A stretch of 64,000 nucleotides of DNA from Phaeosaccion multiseriatum (Eukaryota > Protista > Ochrophyta, other classes), in contig OZ218953.1 in the NCBI GenBank assembly GCA_965112735.1, positions 1,240,001 to 1,304,000 on the forward strand, written 5' to 3'. Of the stretch, positions 62,933 to 64,000 are shown piece after piece (position 1 is the stretch's first letter; every line of letters begins with the position of its first letter). A model generated the notes under the pieces. The model made no database searches. It saw nothing but the letters and a program-made list of their open reading frames with translations, and had not been told where the DNA came from. The translations under genes and the position numbers were made by a program.

Positions 62933-63500
62933 CTGCAGACAGGCGTGCAGCAGCCTTAGCATATTCTCGGGATTGGAGAAGCGCACAGTGGAGAAGTTGG
63001 TCATCATCCAGCACGCTCTGTTGGGGGGGGGGGGGGGGGGTACAGAGGCGAGGGACGGAGGGGAGAGACAGGCAAGCACAAAATGTTGTGGAAGAGAAGA
63101 CGAGGATGCGGGTAGAGTGTGATTAGAAACCCGAAAGAAGAACCGCTCGTCCCTTCCAAACCGCATGTAAATGGATGGGTCGTGAAGGCACCCACCCATC
63201 CCCCCCCCCCGCCCACCCACCTGCTTCGCATAAAGCCGAAGGGGGAGTCGAACTCGGGCAAGACGTGCTCCACGAGAAGGCCCTCTAGAGAGGCTGCGTA
63301 CCCCGGGCCGGTCTTCTTCCCGGGGGGGCGCCTCAGTAGGTCCGAAAGGGTTCCTAGGGCCACTAGGGCTCCGTCCTTCCTCCGACATTCCTCCAAGGTA
63401 GGCATGAGTGTACGACCCAAGTGGGGAGGTCGGTGGTAGCCGGGGAAGGCCTGCAGCAGCACAGGGAGCACAAGCGACGTTGAGCAAGGAAGAGATAAAA
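58180..63500 (-). CDS. Importin-7/8 (Nmd5/SAD2-like) importin-beta family protein, 5'-partial (continues beyond the window)
   Basis: RRKDGALVALGTL, HVLPEFDSPFGFMRSRACW, LGDPALPVKIKAA, IMHEIGNDMVVQALDTII.RFSDSIAPHA, DDDEAAMAA, and an acidic C-terminal loop ending SPIDDVD. Multiple in-phase GT-AG introns. TAG at 58180-58182. Confidence 0.9.
60535..61060. repeat. ~21-23-bp minisatellite (GGGTCGATATT(A/G)GAGGGTAGA)n, importin intron
   Basis: More than 20 degenerate tandem copies. Confidence 0.93.
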
Positions 63501-64000
63501 GGAATCAGGAGGGAGGGAAGGAAGGAAGGAAGGAGGGAAGGAAGGAAGGAAGGAAGGAAGGGAGGGAGGAAGGAAGGAAGGAATGAAGGAAGGAAGGAAG
63601 GAAGGAAGGAAGGAAGGAAGGAAAGAAGAAAGGAAGGAAGGAAAGAAGGAAGGAAGGAAGGAAGGAAGGAAGGAAGGAAGGAAGGGAGGGAGGGAGGGAG
63701 GGAGGGAGGGCGGGAGGGAGGGAGGGATGAAGGAAGGGAGGGATGAAGGAAGAGAGAAAGGAAGGAGGGGAGAAAGGAAGGAGGGGGGGGGAGGGGGGAA
63801 GGGGGGAAAGGAACATGCCACAACACGTACAGGCACCATTAATATCCACAACACGTACAGCCACCATTAATATCGTCGCACGTCACACTGGACAATGATA
63901 TACATGTACTGTAACGTAAGCTCTACGCTCTACTTGACAAGCTCAAACACACACAAAAAAAAATGCGCACACACACGCACAAACGCGCGAGCACACACAC

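Overview
GC-rich, intron-dense eukaryotic DNA, most likely an ochrophyte (stramenopile) alga. This is inferred from a bipartite plastid-targeting presequence, a class C GPCR and a ciliary BROMI gene. Manual splicing supports nine genes and one pseudogene: (1) a 5'-partial low-complexity protein with a recurring Trp motif; (2) a ~17 kb gene fusing a bacterial-type family-1 solute-binding protein to a class C 7TM receptor; (3) a plastid-targeted Lin0512-family protein; (4) a CCR4/nocturnin-type EEP nuclease with a Mut7-C PIN/Zn-ribbon domain inserted inside its catalytic domain; (5) TBC1D32/BROMI; (6) an ankyrin-repeat gene plus a decayed tandem copy; (7) SMC1; (8) a signal-peptide-bearing, atypical PTPS/QueD-fold protein; (9) a 5'-partial importin-7/8. 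Introns are packed with micro- and minisatellites that are polarised relative to splice sites. The most unusual signals are a dispersed ~18-bp motif (CAGTTGGTGATACAGCAG) embedded in exons in both orientations and several frames, the EEP::Mut7-C insertion, the SBP-GPCR fusion, complementary repeats at intron ends, a triplicated splice acceptor and a 108-bp MITE-like palindrome. All family calls come from motif recognition by eye, not database searches.
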